From Podarcis pityusensis (lineage: Eukaryota): a stretch of DNA of 64,000 nucleotides. This document shows, piece after piece, positions 61,971 through 64,000 of the stretch. A model generated the notes under the pieces. It was not told where the DNA came from. It saw only the letters and a program-made list of their open reading frames with translations, and did not search any database. Where the stretch lies: NCBI GenBank assembly GCA_964106645.2, contig OZ067049.1; one strand, 5' to 3'. Made by a program: the position numbers and the translations under genes. Within the stretch, counting starts at the first letter, position 1. Each line of letters opens with the position of its first letter.

Positions 61971-62324
61971 GGTAAAGGTAAAGGGACCCCTGATCATTAA
62001 GTCCAGTCATGGCCGACTCTGGGGTTGCGGTGCTCATCTCGCTTTATTGGCCAAGGGAGCCGGCGTACGGCTTCTGGGTCATGTGGCCAGCATGACTAAG
62101 CCGCTTCTGGCGAACCAGAGCAGCGCACGGAAACGCCGTTTACCTTCCCGCCGGAGTGGTACCTATTCATCTACTTGCACTTTGATGTGCTTTCGAACTG
62201 CTAGGTTGGCAGGAGCAGGGACCGAGCAATGGGAGCTCACTCCGTCGAGGAGATTCGAACCGCCGACCTTCTGATCGGCAAGTCCTAGGCTCTGTGATTT
62301 AACCCACAGTGCCACCCACGGCCC
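61971..62324 (-). mobile_element. Sauria SINE
   Basis: 13-bp TSD TTTTTAAAGCATA. Confidence 0.92.
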
Positions 62325-63136
62325 TTTTTAAAGCATACAGGTCAACAAAAAACAAACTAATTTGAATAAAAAGAAAGATAGAAAAACAAAGCCCTCTTTC
62401 AGAGGTAGATCTTAACCCTTGTCTCACACAGAAGGGGTAGACCCTCCCAAATCTCACCTGGGAGCTTCCCTTTCTTCTCCCAGCTGCCCAATCTTGAGAA
62501 ATCTTCCCTTCCCTGCCTCTCACACAGGGTCCCTCACCAACCAACCATCACTTTCATCTGCAGAAATGTCTTTTGCTTCTTCTGTCACCCTCCCCAGCCC
62601 TATTTTTTCTCAGGCTGCCACTGATGAATGCATTTCTGCTCCTCTACTTTATGTACATTTAGAAAATATCTTAATACTTCAGTGACACTCAAACCTTACC
62701 ACCAGTAGATCCTTGTTGTTGTTTTCTACTTTCTACAGATATAGTCAGTGATTTAAAGCTTGAGGTAAGTCTCCAAGGCATTGGTTCCCCTAAAACATGG
62801 ATTGCCAATGTGGCACCCGGGGGCACCCAGGCACCCTCAGAGGCCTTCCACGGCACTCAGTGGGGTCTCCTCATCGGTTCCTTCTAGGCTTGAAATAATC
62901 ATTCTGTTGTAGCTAATAGAATGGGCTGTGGTGTGTGCTTGGTCATGACATGTGTGAGTGGGGCCCATGACAGTTCCCTAGTTTGCAAATAGGGATGGGG
63001 AGACATTCAGTTCACTTTTTATTTAAATGTTAACTTGCCACATTCACATTTTCTGAAACACAATGAGAACCAGAGCACAGCCCCCACTTTCAAATTTGCA
63101 CTTCTCCAAATTTTGCAATGCAATTATCCAGCCAAG

Positions 63137-63440
63137 TCTTCTTCTTCTTTGGCGATCACTCATAGCCAAGTAAGATTGTCTTCCATAAACACGGTTTTAA
63201 CAGTGAGTCTGTAAGTGATTGTGGAGGCCAATTCTGGATCCACACATCCTTCCACAGTGGGGACATAGGTTCCTGGGTGGGAGTTGATCATGGTGAGGGT
63301 TTGCTAAGCACGCCTTCCTCTTAGTGTGTTTCTCCCTTTTGTCCTGAGTTTGAGCGTCTTCAGAGCCCATGACATCTTTGGGAAATGCTGCTCTCCAGTT
63401 GGAGCGCTTGCAGGCCAGTGTTTCCCAGTTGTCAGTGTTT
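63137..63440 (-). mobile_element. RTE-clade LINE 3' end (C-terminal zinc finger)
   Basis: ...WETLACKRSNWR...CPHCGRMCGSRIGLHNHLQTHC*; (GAA)n tail. Confidence 0.78.
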
Positions 63441-63694
63441 GAGAGCCAGTGTGGTGTAGTGGTTAAGAACGGTAGTCTCGTAATCTGGTGAACCGGGTTC
63501 ACGTCTCCGCTCCTCCACATGCAGCTGCTGGGTGACCTTGGGCTAGTCACACTTCTCTGAAGTCTCTCAGCCCCACTCACCTCACAGAGTGTTTCTTGTG
63601 GGGGAGGAAGGGAAAGGAGAATGTTAGCCGCTTTGAGACTCCTTCGGGTAGTGATAAAGCGGGATATCAAATCCAAACTCTTCTTCTTCTTCTT
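63441..63694 (+). mobile_element. tRNA-derived SINE (Squam3-like)
   Basis: GAGAGCCAGTGTGGTGTAGTGGTTAAG head; GGGTGACCTTGGGCTAGTCAC core; (CTT)n tail. Confidence 0.75.
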
Positions 63695-64000
63695 ATACTA
63701 CATTTTTTAAAGATTTGCCTTGAGACAGTCTTTAAACCTCTTTTGTTGCATTACGCTTTCCATTTTTAAGTTCGGAATAGAGCAGCTGCTTTGGAAGACA
63801 TCCGAACAACAACAACATGACCAGTCCCACAAAGTTGATGTTGAGGAATCATTGCTTTGACACTGGTGATCTTTGCATTTTTGTAACGTGTACAAAAATG
63901 CATACGCTAGGATGAAGTGTTGTGTAATATATCCATGAAAATAATACACAAAAACACATATTAGGTGGAAATGCTGTGCAAAAATGTATATATTAGGTAA

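Noticed and set aside
1-64000. CRISPR arrays, operons or other prokaryotic systems
   Set aside because: The sequence is clearly vertebrate intron-exon DNA with no repeat-spacer arrays.

Overview
Vertebrate genomic DNA from a squamate, most likely a lacertid lizard (Sauria SINEs, Squam-type SINEs, Bov-B/RTE, L2 and L1-clade LINEs, hAT and Tc1/mariner MITEs). The window holds the 5' part of the cubilin gene CUBN on the + strand. I reconstructed 27 coding exons by hand (13834-61702; 4029 nt, 1343 codons, one open frame). They encode the signal peptide, furin site RAKR, coiled coil, 8 EGF domains, CUB1-7 and the first half of CUB8, and the gene continues past the window. Upstream, in the syntenic position of TRDMT1 (DNMT2, tRNA C38 methyltransferase), are decayed + strand exon remnants with frameshifts, broken splice sites and missing exons. 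This looks like a TRDMT1 pseudogene and is the most notable observation. Other points: a GC-AG intron inside CUB6, Asp-to-Asn changes at the CUB5 calcium site, a ~310 bp inverted repeat in intron 22, an antisense solo LTR 21 nt after exon 26, inverted Sauria SINE pairs bracketing exon blocks, and an HNF4/HNF1/GATA-like promoter cluster. Comparisons with human proteins and exon sizes are from memory, not from searches. Most ORFs in the supplied track are spurious or repeat-derived.
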